Assembly: GCF_001194135.2 (NCBI RefSeq)
Contig: NC_069002.1
Coordinates: 2,783,416 to 2,847,415, forward strand
Reading direction: 5' to 3'
From: Octopus bimaculoides
Lineage: Eukaryota
Length of the DNA: 64,000 bases
In this document: in pieces, positions 23,502 through 36,826 of the stretch
Layout: each line of letters starts with the position of its first letter
Position numbering within the stretch: the stretch's first letter is position 1
Program-made: the position numbers and the translations under genes
Notes under the pieces: model-generated
Seen by the model: only the letters and a program-made list of their open reading frames with translations
Database searches by the model: none
Told to the model about the DNA's origin: nothing

Positions 23502-25302
23502 GGGACTGACAAATAGACAGGTNNNNNNNNNNNNNNNNNNNNNNNNNNNNNNNNNNNNNNNNNNNNNNNNNNNNNNNNNNNNNNNNNNNNNNNNNNNNNN
23601 NNNNNNNNNNNNNNNNNNNNNNNNNNNNNNNNNNNNNNNNNNNNNNNNNNNNNNNNNNNNNNNNNNNNNNNNNNNNNNNNNNNGTGTGTGTGTGTGTGTG
23701 TGTGCGTGCGTGTGTGTGTTTGTACATATATATATATGAATAAATGGATTTGCAGTCCACACAACACTCATACATACATGCATTCCTCTTCACGGATACA
23801 TACTTACACTCAGTTTCCTTTAGTGAATACGTGCATATACGTATGTTTGTCTGTTTGCCTTCATGCAGCAGAAAGTCGCTTCTCCAACGTTTTTTTCTTT
23901 TTCTTTTTCGTCTTTTTAAAGTTTTCCTTCTCTTGACGTAAAAACAATTCTAGTCACTTGTTTTGTTCCTTTCCGTTTCAGTTTCCTTCAACAGGTTTAA
24001 TCACTTTCGTGATTTTGTTGTTTCTCGTTGGTCTTCGTCTCTGCTTTCAGTTTGATAAACTGTGATGTGAAATTGTGAATGAATTTTTATATCACTTTTG
24101 TCAATCTCAAATTCGTCTGAAAGAAACTTTATAGTTTTGTTTACACAACGTCATGTGGCCGATTGTTGTGTATGTGTGTTTGTATGTGCGAATACATGTT
24201 TTCTTGTGTATATTTTCTTTGTGTGGGTGAATTTGTTTTCGTGTACATATGTTTGTGTGTGTTCACGTGTATATTTTGTGTATATATGCATGTATTTTTG
24301 TGTGAGTTCCTAGCTACATTTTTCTATATGTCCATGTGTATATCATTAAGTGTTTATCTGTGAATGCATTCCAGTGAGTCTGTCTATGCATGTGTGAGTT
24401 TGTGTGTATACTTGAGCGCGTTCACATGTACATTATTGCATGTACGCGTGTATATATATATATATATATTTCCGTGTGTGATCATGTGTATACATCGGTG
24501 TGTGTTCATACGAATATTTTTGCACGAGTACGTTTGTATGCGTGTTCCTGTGTATATCTTTCTAAGTATTCATGTAAATATTTCTGTGTGTTTGAATGTA
24601 TATCTTTGTGTGTGTTTGTGTGTACGTTTTGCGTCAGTTCGCGTCAATGTTTTTCCGTGTTAGTGTACATACTTTAATTTATGTTCTTGAATTTTTGTAT
24701 CTATACGTGTTTAGATATCTTTTTATTTTTTCTTTTAGTTTATAATATAATTATATTCTATTTAATTTCATTTTTCTTTATTTTTTTTATTTTCTTGAAG
24801 TCATATGTTTACCGAACATTTACATCAGATCTGTACAAAATATGCATTGCGTGTGCACTGTACTTTAGCAACATCTGCACTATGATTACTTCGACGGGGG
24901 TAGCGTTGGAAGGAGGTGTAGAATTTTCGAGAAGAACTGATGGTGCTAACAAAAACCAAAACCAAAACCAAAAAACTAAACAAATAACAAATAAAACAAA
25001 CGAATTAGAAATGAGTTGAATAATAATAAAAAAGAACAGAAACAGCAAAGAAGAATGAAGAGGAGAATGAGGGGTGGGGTAGATTAAATAATGCAGAAAA
25101 ACCTAAGAAATGTAAACAAGCCCTAAATGTGATACATTATTTAGAACTGTTACTCCTCTCACAACAACAACAACAATAACTAACAACACAAACAGTAAAT
25201 CGTTATCGATTTCTTATATTCGGTGCACTTGATTGGCAGAGACAGTTGTCATCTCTCACTCACAGCTATGTGGATTTCATGTTCTAGCTAAGGTGAAAGC
25301 AG

Positions 25303-25630
<328 letters not shown>

Positions 25631-26545
25631 CATGCAAAACCAAGCAATTCTGTTCCTAACCGACGTTTCTAAAAGTACGATGCCCCCACACACACACATA
25701 CATGCTCCCAACACCCACCCACGTGCACCTTCATGCATGCGCATGCGTAGAAGGGCATATATGCACACGTACATAAGCACACACACACGCATACAAACAT
25801 ACATATCTGGCGCCGGTAAAAGAAAAAAGAAATGTAATTAGAATGGTTGCGAGGAAAGTTATCAGCGAATCTTCATAATGTTTTTGTTTTCTCTTTTTTT
25901 TCTTACTTTTACCTGATGTTAGTGAACTAATGCAGTATAGAAACAAGAAACCCATCTAAATATATAAAATGAAATATCTGTAGTGAAAAGAACTCGTGAC
26001 CATTGAACTGGTAGATCGATATCTTACCTACTATCTAATAATCAATCTGTTATCTTGCCTATTGCTGTCACAGTTTGCAATTCATTTTTATTTTGCTCCA
26101 ATTGTTCTCTAATTTGTTGTGCAGATGTAGTTTATATGCTTAGAAATGAAATTCTTTTTGGCAATGAATTAATAAATAAAAAGTTAATTTTTGGAAATTT
26201 GGGTTAATTTTAGCCAATCGAAATCGACAGACATATTGTTGCCTGTCCCCATGGTAACAGGCTAAGATATAGTTTGCTTAAACCTCCAAATATGTGTATT
26301 GTCTTTACCTGTCATTTTCCTTGACAAATTCCTATTCTCTGAACGTTCGTACGGCCCCGTTTTGTCATTTCCCTACTTTTCACTTGTCTTTTTTTTTTGT
26401 TTGTTTTGAGAAACGCATATTTTCTGTTGCTATTCTCTCGCTATCTCACTTTTGTCGTTTTCATTTCTGTTCTCGTTTTGTTTTTCCTTCCTAAGAAGCG
26501 AACGGATATTTTTGGTTGTTGTCTTGTCATTACCTCATTTCCAAA

Positions 26546-27110
26546 ATGTCGAACCGTGTTTTCCTGGACCTTTTCAACCTAAATAATTCTATGATAGTAG
26601 CCAAATCATTTACCCTTTCGAATATGATGTAGGTATTGAAAACCGAGGACGGTACGGTTACTTGCTTGCAAAAGAAGAGTGTTCTCCACAAAAGGAAATT
26701 GTGTACAGAAAGCCTCGTTATGAAAGAGACGCTTCACGGGAAAACTTGCTGGCTGTGCTTCCGAAAACGGTGCAACGAGTGTGTGTGTCCCTTCGAAAAG
26801 ATACATTGTTGAAAAGTGACACCCTTCCTCTTGGGGCTGTACTTCATTTTTTCCCTTTTACACATGGTTCAAGGAATTGACTTCAGTCTGGTTTTATGCT
26901 GAAGAACTGGGGATGAGCTTTTGGACAGTTGTTGATTATAACAGCTATGTTCTGAGATATGTGCGGAGGACCTGCCTCACAACCCAAGCGATTCTGGTAA
27001 GATTGCTGAGATAATCAAAATATCTTTTCATGACGTAAATACAACCGATGAAGGGTGCTTGCTGCCCAAGCAACGGTATTTTCGAGGATACATATGTGGC
27101 GCAGGAGATA
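26546..27110 (+). mobile_element. Merlin (IS1016/ISXO2-like) DNA transposase relic, frameshifted
   Basis: Across three frames: SLRKDTLLKSDTLPLGAVLHFF, WFYAEELGMSFWTVVDYNSY, and SEICAEDLPHNPSDSGKIAEIIKISF...EGCLLPKQRYFRGYIC. These match the Merlin pattern SIRxGTWFExSxLPL..., TVVDWxNYxREVC, GKIVEIDES...WVFGGI. Confidence 0.7.
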
Positions 27111-28827
27111 CGATGATTGTAATTTGGTTGGGGAGGAAATCCAAGAATATATCTCAAATTTTGTTTTTGAATTTTCGCTACGAAAACACGAAAAACATAT
27201 TGTTTACATGAACTGAACAACAGAATTCTTCTTTAATGGTGGGGGGCGCGTAATTTAACGTACAATTTGTATATTTGTAAATTTTCGCAAAACCAAAATT
27301 GGATAGTGGATTTTCCTTTTTATATTGTTTACAAAGCTACTCAAACATTTCGCACGACTTTAGTCAATATAACTTGCTAAAACTTTAATAAAATTTCTTA
27401 CAAGTCTGCCTCGTATTGTTGTCATAGACAGCTATCACGCACAAAATTACAGTTTCTAAATCCTGTTCTCTCATTGATAAACAAAATTATCAAACTTCCA
27501 GCCTCTATAACATGTTTTGAAACTTTTTCTGGAACAATTGACTAACAAAATTGTAATCAGCATGAAAATTATATGTATATACCAAATTTGAAAATCGTCA
27601 CTAAATTTCACAATTTCATCATTTCGAAAACTGTGACAGCGACAGAAAAGCTCCTCACACTGCTTACTGCTTGAGTTTTGTATAACATCATGCAGGAAAA
27701 TTAGATTTTTCAAAAGTATATAATGCGAATCGCATTGTTTTCAAATGTATTATGCGCCTAAAGCATTTGTGTGAAGAATCGATTGATTGATTAACATAAG
27801 TATCTGCTTCTGAATAAAAGCGTCTGTGTGACAAAGCTATACCATTTGAATTTCAGGTACAATCCACCCGATGGGATTCTATGTAGTTTCCATTATAATG
27901 CATTGGCCCAGCCGGGGCTGCATGAAATGATAATTACCCAAGATTACACACAGTGGTACTTAAGCCTGCATGTCGTGGTTCACAGTGAATGATTTAACTA
28001 TTCGGCCATATTGTTGCTTTGACAAATGATAAATATACATAAGAGAATCAATAGTCATAATAATATAAAGACTGGTTGACGTCAAATCAAAATCAAAATG
28101 ACAAGAGAGAAACCTAAGATGGAGTCTTCGAAAATATGATATTATGAATAATTAGAGCAAAAACAAATGACGTTATCTACATTTTACATTAATCAATCAA
28201 TGAAGGAAATGCAATGCCTGTCCGCTTTGCGGGCTCCTGTCTCAGATTCGTCCGATTAATGCAGTTGTTGCCCGTTTGCCTAAGCATCTGCACGAAATAA
28301 AGAGAATGTACGATTACATTACCGTTTCAAAACCTCTTTGAGCATATTTTCCAAACATGCTCGTGAGGTGTTTTTGTTGCACGCATCAAGCGATTAGATG
28401 GAGAATGCTTTAATTGATAAAAAGCATCGTCCGATATAAAATTGTGTAACATTTAATTTCATAGATACAAATTACATCGATTTCTTTCGACGGATGCTAT
28501 GTCTGAGTCAAGTTCTCTGGTTTGTATTTTGACATCAATAAAACTTTCACGGTTAATCCGATAATTTTGGATATATTCCTCTAAAATTATGATATAATAT
28601 GCTGCAACAGTTCCTTGTTTTACAGGAATGGTCCAGAAGCAGAAAACGCCGGACTTTTTCTTGGGTTTTGTCTCATGTGATTTTATATTGAGGAGAATGT
28701 TTTCGTAATATATATTCTAACAGGGTTTTCGTTAGGTGCGATAAATGTTTTGGTTCGTGCGTTTGTTAATTACATATTCATGCATTCAGTAACTTGTCTT
28801 ATGGAATAACGTGTATGTGTGTGTGTG

Positions 28828-29013
28828 TTACTGGCTTTGAGTAAAAGAAAATACAGGAGTATCAGGTTATAGTTTTATTCAACATATTCCCGTCTCAATT
28901 TCATAAACTTATTGCAAATTTCCTAATACCTGTAAAAGAACTCGGAAGTTTAGGCCTCCAACAACGTCTTTCAAGATACTCTCACAGCCAACAACTTTTC
29001 GGCACTCTTTGAT
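28828..29013 (-). mobile_element. Mariner-derived MITE (internally deleted)
   Basis: Minus strand retains the transposase C-terminus SEFFYRY*EICNKFMKLRREYVE* (mariner ...KCVxxxGEYVE*), with degenerate inverted ends ctggcttt / agcca.caacttttcggcac resembling the terminus at 41190-41219. Confidence 0.65.
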
Positions 29014-29231
29014 AGATTATGTAAAAGAAAGAAGCTCCAAGGCAGTCGAGTTATTAATATGTTTAAAAGAATTCTGCTCCATACTTATAGGAACGTACAG
29101 TCTTGCACACACACACAGGCACTCGTAGATTGCATTACATGAATACACGTCTCATCAGTAATCGTAGTTATCCTGTTGTGAGACCATTGAAATGAATGCA
29201 AATAACAGCTACGTGTGAGTAACTGTAGAGG

Positions 29232-29730
29232 AGATAAAATGTAACGTCAAACTCGCGTTCCCTCTACGGCTTAAAGCTTGAGGCTATAATACACTACGAC
29301 AAAACGATTAGATATGTTTGATCAGGATGGGTTTACGTATTTACGATGATCGGTTGTCGACAAGACAAGGAGTAAGAATAGTAATGCGGATCTAACTCCC
29401 CTATACACAAAGGTATATTTTAAAGATTCCTCGGTATTATCAAGGACATTGCAAATGTTAGCGCTTCAAGTTAAAAATTTACGTCAATATCAGCTTAATT
29501 TTACGGCTTTAAGCTATAATATATCATGAAATCATTAGAGCTGCTTACAACATACGTATAGGACATAGATACGGAGTTTGATCAAGTTGAGTTTGTGTAT
29601 TTAGTAGTCAAACGAGAAACGGTTGTCGACTAAGCAATGAATAAAAATAGCAATGGCGAATATACATCCGCTATCGATAAAGGTATATGTTTTAAAATTT
29701 ACAGAATTGTCGAAAACATTGCACTCATTC
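29232..29730. repeat. Old tandem duplication, period about 237 bp
   Basis: Collinear shared blocks acgtcaa, tacggctt, gctataat, tttgatca, cggttgtcgac, aaaggtatat and acattgca in both halves. Confidence 0.8.
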
Positions 29731-29787
29731 GTACAGCGAGAATATCTACAGTGATAAGAGCAAACTTGGAATATATAGATGTCAAAG

Positions 29788-29851
29788 GTGGGACTGAATC
29801 CGGGACCATGTGGTGGGAAGCACGTTTCTTACACACAGCCACGCCTGCTCC
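29788..29851 (-). mobile_element. SINE family A head only
   Basis: gtgggactgaatccgggaccatgtggtgggaagc...cacagccacgcctgctcc. Confidence 0.8.
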
Positions 29852-29861
29852 TATTCACAGT

Positions 29862-29893
<32 letters not shown>

Positions 29894-29894
<1 letters not shown>

Positions 29895-30056
29895 GATGGG
29901 CTTCTTTCAGTTTCCGTCTACCAAATCCACTTACAAGGCTTTGATCGACCCGAGACTATAGTAAGAGATATCTGTCTAAGATTTCACGCAGTGGGACTGA
30001 ACACGGAATCATGTTGTTGGGAAGCAAGTTTCTTACCACACACCCATACCTGCGCC
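29894..30056 (-). mobile_element. SINE family A, head and body up to the internal microsatellite
   Basis: gggcttctttcagtttccgtctaccaaatccac...cacgcagtgggactgaac...cctgcgcc. Confidence 0.9.
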
Positions 30057-31511
30057 TATACACAGCCACGCACACAAACACACACACACACAGACAGACA
30101 CACACACAGACAGACACACACACATACAGATACACACACATATATAACAAAGCACACGCACATAGATATAGTTTCATACATACTGGCACTCCTATGTTTG
30201 AGTAAGTTCGTGTACCACATGTGCATACACAGATTCGTTCATTATTGTAAAAAAAAAAAGATTAACTTTTACAATGCTCCCTTTGACAGTCTAATGATCA
30301 TTACAATGTTTGATATCAAACAACATATCAACAAAACAACCGACCCCACAAAGACAAAATCAAAGATATTACTTACAAAACAACACATGAACAAGCAATA
30401 TGTTGGTCTATCATAGTAACGCGTCAATTTGCTTTGACTTAACAGAAGGCGTTGCTCGCACTTCAATATCCGTTGTAAACAGTGAAAATATAATGAATGA
30501 AAGCAATCTAAAGAACATACGAATATCAAAAACATTGCCATTATACATACGTAATAAATCATGTGTTTACTGTGCAAAAATGGAGCTTCTAGTTTGTCGC
30601 TTTATGTGATAGATATGTCAATCAATTCTTCTTCATTTCGCACTCTTTGTTCTTTAAAAATGAAATTTGATAGAAAAATTTAGAAATTCAGATCTTGCTA
30701 CACTGAAATTCAGATCTAGCTATAATGAGGTGTTGAGAAAGGGGGAGGGGAGGGAGATAGAAAAAGATATATATATATATATATATATATATATTTCTGC
30801 TTTCGAGTTACAACTTCGCATGCTGATGTAAGAGGAACACTCGCAAAATACAGATAGTAACAAGCAGCATAATAATATCAGAAGATTTGCTTTAAAAATC
30901 CATTCAGAATGGAAAATGCAAAGACTCGAACCCACATCTTCTGTTCAACATGAAGGGCTTTCTATCACCGTACCGAATTAAGTCTTCCAATTTCTCTATC
31001 CGTTTTAGAAACTTTATTCTTCGAAGCAAGATTTGTTAGTTAAAAACTTTCCAGATTATTCAATAATAATAATTAGCAACAAGGCAACGAATAGAGAAAC
31101 AGATTGACATAAGATTGGTCTTTTTGTTTGTTTTTGTTTTTGTTATTTTTTTTGCTTTGTTTTGTTTTTGCTTTTTTTTTTGCTTTTTTTCATCTCATCG
31201 CAAAAAAAATCTATAAAAAGAAAATTAAATGAAATATGGAAATAATTTTCTCTGATCAACAATGCCATCATTGTCGTCGTGGTCGTCAGCACTGTCGATG
31301 AAGTTTTCATCATCAACGTTATCATCATCATCATCATCATCATCATCAGGATTATCATTATGGTCGTTAAGGCTGTTGCCGGCGGCCCTTGTTGTAATTT
31401 ATCGATCTCGCTCCGATTGTCAGATTATCTATCTTTCTTATAAGTCATACATATTCCAGTGCTTTCCTAACAAACGAGCTAAATAATTCATGCGTCAGGA
31501 CATAGGCAAAT

Positions 31512-31553
<42 letters not shown>

Positions 31554-31761
31554 ACACGTACATATATATGTATGTATATATGTATATATATGCATGCATG
31601 TATTTGTAAATACATGCTTACATACATATATATATATGTATATATATACACATGTAAGTATATTCATAAATATAATATATATGCCACACACACACACATA
31701 AATACGCGCATGGATATTCGTAAATAGACACACCACGCATATATATACAGCTACAAATATA

Positions 31762-31843
<82 letters not shown>

Positions 31844-32453
31844 AATGCATAGCATATTTATTCATATGTATGTTTATAAGTATATATATATATATTCATA
31901 TTTCTTCTGGTTGATATTTCTTGCAATCTGTAAGTGGCGTTTGTGTGTGGGAGGTGTATGTGTTTGTGTGAGTGTGTGCGTGTGTGTGTGCTGTGAGTGT
32001 GTTTGTTTGTATACATATACACGTAGCTTAGTTTTTATTTCATTTCATAGTAATTCTTTATGTATTTGTACGTTCAGTTTTAATTTCGTTTCGTTTCGTT
32101 TCATTGTTTCCTTCGGTTTTTAAATTCTCCTTTAGTCTTTTATTCCACGCATTCCTTACATATTTAATGTATTTGTTGCTCCATGCTGTTTCAAAGGTTT
32201 CCACACCAATAATCTTGCGAACACCACCCGTTATTCAAGCACCAGTTGGTTGAGTAATGAAATAAATATTTAATTACATAAATAAATAAATAACTGAGGC
32301 AAACAAGAAAAAAACAAAGAAACAATAGAACAAATACAATCGCAGCATAATACAACATAATACATAGATATATACACACACATACATGAAAATATATATA
32401 TATAAATATACATATATAGATATCTATATACACACATATATACATATATACAT

Positions 32454-32515
<62 letters not shown>

Positions 32516-33151
32516 NNNNNNNNNNNNNNNNNNNNNNNNNNNNNNNNNNNNNNNNNNNNNNNNNNNNNNNNNNNNNNNNNNNNNNNNNNNNNNNNNNNNN
32601 NNNNNNNNNNNNNNNNNNNNNNNNNNNNNNNNNNNNNNNNNNNNNNNNNNNNNNNNNNNNNNNNNNNNNNNNNNNNNNNNNNNNNNNNNNNNNNNNNNAT
32701 ATATATATATATATATATACAAAAACACACGTGTATGTGTATGTGTATTTGTGTGTGTGCCTAAAAAACGTATACGCATAAAAAATACAGAAAACAAATT
32801 ACATTTGAATGAAAATATTGTTTAAAAATATCAAAACCTATAAATAAATGATAAATTAAAAATTGTAATGAATGATTAATGAATGATTAAATTCAAATAA
32901 CATAGAAATAAAGAAATAAATAAGGAAATAATAAGCAATCGAGAAAATAATATTAATAAAGTGCTTTCAAGAAAAGTATCATTCATCACCACCATGGCCA
33001 CCACCAACAGAAAATACTAAAAAATCAACTCCATAACCGTCAACATCAGCTCGCCTGGCACCAAAACAAAGAAATGAAACAACAATTAGCGTAAATATAC
33101 ATCAATATTAATCAATTTGATTAAATAGAATATACAATTAATAATGACATA

Positions 33152-33334
33152 AATATTGGTTCGGAATTTGGGGACAAGGCTAGCAATTTCGGGGGGAAGT
33201 GTGTGTTAAGTCGATTATATCGACCCCAGTGTTCAACTCGTATTTATTTCATTGACCCCGAACAGATGAAAAGCGAAGTAGAATTTGAACTTAAAGACGG
33301 ATAAAATACTGCCAAGCATTTAGCCCGGCGCGCC
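33152..33334 (-). mobile_element. SINE family B
   Basis: aagtcgattatatcgaccccagtgttcaact...gaccccgaa..gatgaaaagcgaag..gaatttgaact. Confidence 0.8.
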
Positions 33335-33768
33335 ATACATACATATATATATATATATATATCACGTTGGTTGCCTTCTGTGCCACGGCTTCGCCATATT
33401 GATTAAGTTGATGACTTAGAAGATGCGAAAGAAGCGGGAAGATACGTTAGAACGAATCGTTGACAGAGAGAGCTATAGTTCTCGTTGTTATTTCGTCGTG
33501 CATTCTTCACATTTTTCTTCCACTTATGTTGTTTCTTTTGACTTCAAAAATGTTAGTTCCGGTAGTGGTAAAATGAAGCTATTTGAACGCTTCTGGACCT
33601 CAATTTCCCACGTTTTTGTTTCAGTTCCCGTTCTTTTGTGAGTTGACACAAACCGGTCTTTGTAATGGCGGAGAGGACATCCGGTGGTTAATTCACTGAA
33701 GAGGAATTTTCGTAGAACTCTCTGTTCTTTCATTCCAACCACGTGACCTCAGCATCGAATACGCTTAC

Positions 33769-33867
33769 TTTCTCCATTTATTTAGACAGAAACAAAAGAA
33801 TTGTATTCTCTGTTTCCCAACAATCCATATAGGTTTGGGAGGTGCTTGATGTGGAGTTTCTGTTTAA
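33769..33867 (-). other. Candidate 99-nt non-coding or poison exon
   Basis: Minus-strand acceptor ctttctatttttctgacag and donor gtaagc; stops in all three frames. Confidence 0.15.
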
Positions 33868-34592
33868 CTGTCAGAAAAATAGAAAGCGCATGAGAGAGAA
33901 AGAGAGAGAGTGATGATTAATGAATAGTTTGAAGTAGAGGGACGAATAGGGAGAGAAGTGATAAATGACGAGAGAAATAGAGAGAGAAATAGAGAGAGAA
34001 AGAGAGAGAGAGAGAAATCAAGAAACACATAAAGATGACAAAATGAATTTTAAAGGTAGAGAGACAGAGAAAGGGCGAAATAATGAGATAAAATGTGAGA
34101 GGTGGTAGAGAGAAATAAAAATTAAGAGGGAGAGAGAGAGATGGGGAGATAAATTTGAAAAATGATGGCGTAAAGCGGGAAAGACATCAAGAGAAAATAC
34201 ATCGATATCAGAGAATGAGATTGAAAGAGAAGAGGAAGTGAAAGGGGAATGAAGGGATAGTAATCATACGCTACTCTCCTTAAAAAGTAAAGGATATAAT
34301 CGTGCGTGTCAAAATATGCATATATATATGTGTGTGTGTGTGTACGCGTGTGTGTGTGTTTGTGGGTATGTATGAATATATATACAGACACAAGGATAGA
34401 TATTGTATGCACGGGGGGGGGCGTGTATGTTTGAGCTCAATCAGATTTGAACACGTGTTGCAGAGTTACAGGACAGACACAAGGAAGCATTCAGTCTGAC
34501 ACTGCAAAAACTTATACGCTGAGTTTGAAATGAAGGCCTTATGTTCAGGGTTTGAACAGATTTCATTAGAGTTCTTCTCAATAAATGCTTAC

Positions 34593-34652
34593 CCATGATT
34601 AAAGAATGACAGCAACCTATTAGATATATAGTTCAAAGCTGTACCCCCATCC
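34593..34652 (-). other. Candidate 60-nt phase 2-2 exon (DGGTALNYISNRLLSFFNH)
   Basis: Minus-strand acceptor caactgttttttttcag and donor GG/gtaagc; one open frame; no homology recognised. Confidence 0.25.
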
Positions 34653-34947
34653 CTGAAAAAAAACAGTTGGCAAATCTCGTGTAAATCTCGTGTAAATCTC
34701 ATATCCAAACGCCATAAAAGAAATAGAGTAAAAACGAACAGATGAGAAAAAATATTACACAAAATGGCGTTCATCATAAATCTATTTGTTTAAAGCAAGA
34801 CAGACATTGGGTGAAACAATAACATAACATCGACTTTAAATGATGTAGCTCAGCTTTCATGAAACAGTTCAGAAATCCCCTTTCTATCAAAAACCCAACC
34901 ACCAAAGACGAAAGAGGGAGAAGACACAATAAATAAACTACGCAAAA

Positions 34948-35039
34948 GGGGACGGTCGCAGCTACAAAGCTGTGAAGTATAAATCCTTTTACTCGACGCA
35001 TGACTGACCTGGGGTTAAACAACAAAAACAACAACAACA
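34948..35039 (-). mobile_element. Repeat family D fragment
   Basis: ctgacctggggttaaacaacaa is the reverse complement of the motif at 15001-15015. Confidence 0.55.
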
Positions 35040-35321
35040 TAAACTCAGGATCTGTTCTTTGATGAAGGATATTCCAGACCTACTTTGAAGTTCCTAAATT
35101 TTATAAATGTTGATTTTCTAACACTGTCACTTGGCTAAATGTATTGAAAAGACTAATCAATAATATCGAACCCCTGCACGTTATAGATATTTATTTTATC
35201 GATACAGAATTGATAAAAGTAGAAACCGACATCAATGCATAAAGATCTAACATTTGCGTCTCAAATTCACACAACTCTATGGAAATGATACAATCAACAG
35301 AATCAAACGCAGAACATTAAT

Positions 35322-35400
35322 CATCATTCCATTGTTGATCCAGGTCAGCTCTGATCGAGGAGACATACGACCAAACGTGTTCCACCCACGGCCATCCCTT
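35322..35400 (+). mobile_element. Repeat family D fragment
   Basis: ccaggtcagctctgatcga...ccacggccatccc. Confidence 0.55.
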
Positions 35401-35469
35401 AAACTTTTTCTAGTTAAGATCTAACAATTCAGTAGACTCGTGTTGTCGTTAGAGCCGTAGAATAGACTA

Positions 35470-35580
35470 CTTTGCCGGATTTGTTACGCTCGTCGGCGCT
35501 CTGGGTTCAAATTCCGCTGAGTTCAAATTTGCTTGTCATCATCATGGGATCAACCAATAAATTACCAATCAACATTTGTA
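35470..35580 (+). mobile_element. SINE family B, partial
   Basis: ctctgggttcaaattccgctgagttcaaatttgc. Confidence 0.6.
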
Positions 35581-35721
35581 CCGGAATTGGTTCATTCTTC
35601 CTCTGAGTTGGCTACCTTACCTCGCAGACAGGATCGTCAGGTACCACCCTCAAAATGTTTTGCTCCTAATACGTTAAAGGCAAAGGACTCACTTCAAGGT
35701 TGTCCGATGTGCACTATATTC

Positions 35722-35872
35722 TTTTATCTTTTTACTTGTTTCAGTTATTTTACTGTGGCCATGCTGCAGCACCGCCTTTATATATATATATATATATATG
35801 ACGGGGCTTCGACATAGCTTGAACCCCAAACGACGTGTTAGCAAAACGACCTTCTTAACCACACTGCCAAGC
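35722..35872 (-). mobile_element. SINE family A with internal deletion (head + (TA)n + tail)
   Basis: Tail cttttatctttttacttgtttcag...ggccatgctgcagcaccgcctt joined through (TA)n to head ttcttaaccacactgccaagcc. Confidence 0.7.
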
Positions 35873-36499
35873 CAAATCGGTATAGTATATATTTCTAGTA
35901 GGGCGATCAAGCGTATGGAGGCCCACGCATTAGCTCAATATAGATTCATATTAAGTATCTCATATATAGAAAGAGGACCAATAATTTTGATGCCATCTTA
36001 ATCGAAGTCATTATTTTACTGTTAGTGAAATAACATTCTCGATCGCAAAGGACTGAAAGGCCAAGTCGACCTTGGCCAATTGTAAATCCCGAACATAAAA
36101 AGAGAAACCCTATGAAAACATTTCGACATATTAGATTTTATTCGATGATAAATAAACATACTGACTTTTAGATTTTGAGTTTCGTTTGTTTTGGTTTTGT
36201 TCCTGTTTCGGATTTTGTTGATAATAAAATGCTGTAGCGCCTACATACTACTATCTAAACATCATATTGACGACATAACCAAAGCGACTGTCAAGATTTC
36301 TCAATAAAGCTAGCATCTACGGAGAACGATGTGAAAAATTCAAATGATTTATCGACAATATTTCAGAGTTATGATTAAATTTCTCGGGTCGTGAAGTCAG
36401 AAATAACATACACAAATACAAACATGCCCACCCCCACGATACCTTTATCTTTAATCCTATCTCTGCATTGCTATTTTTCGCTCTTTCTCGCCTGCTTTG

Positions 36500-36826
<327 letters not shown>

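Noticed and set aside
26546-27110. Bacterial IS contamination or recent horizontal transfer
   Set aside because: The relic is heavily decayed, embedded in host-like sequence with no composition break, and Merlin is an established eukaryotic superfamily
29637-30416. 259-aa ORF
   Set aside because: It runs antisense through two SINE heads and (CA)/(TA) repeats; not protein-like
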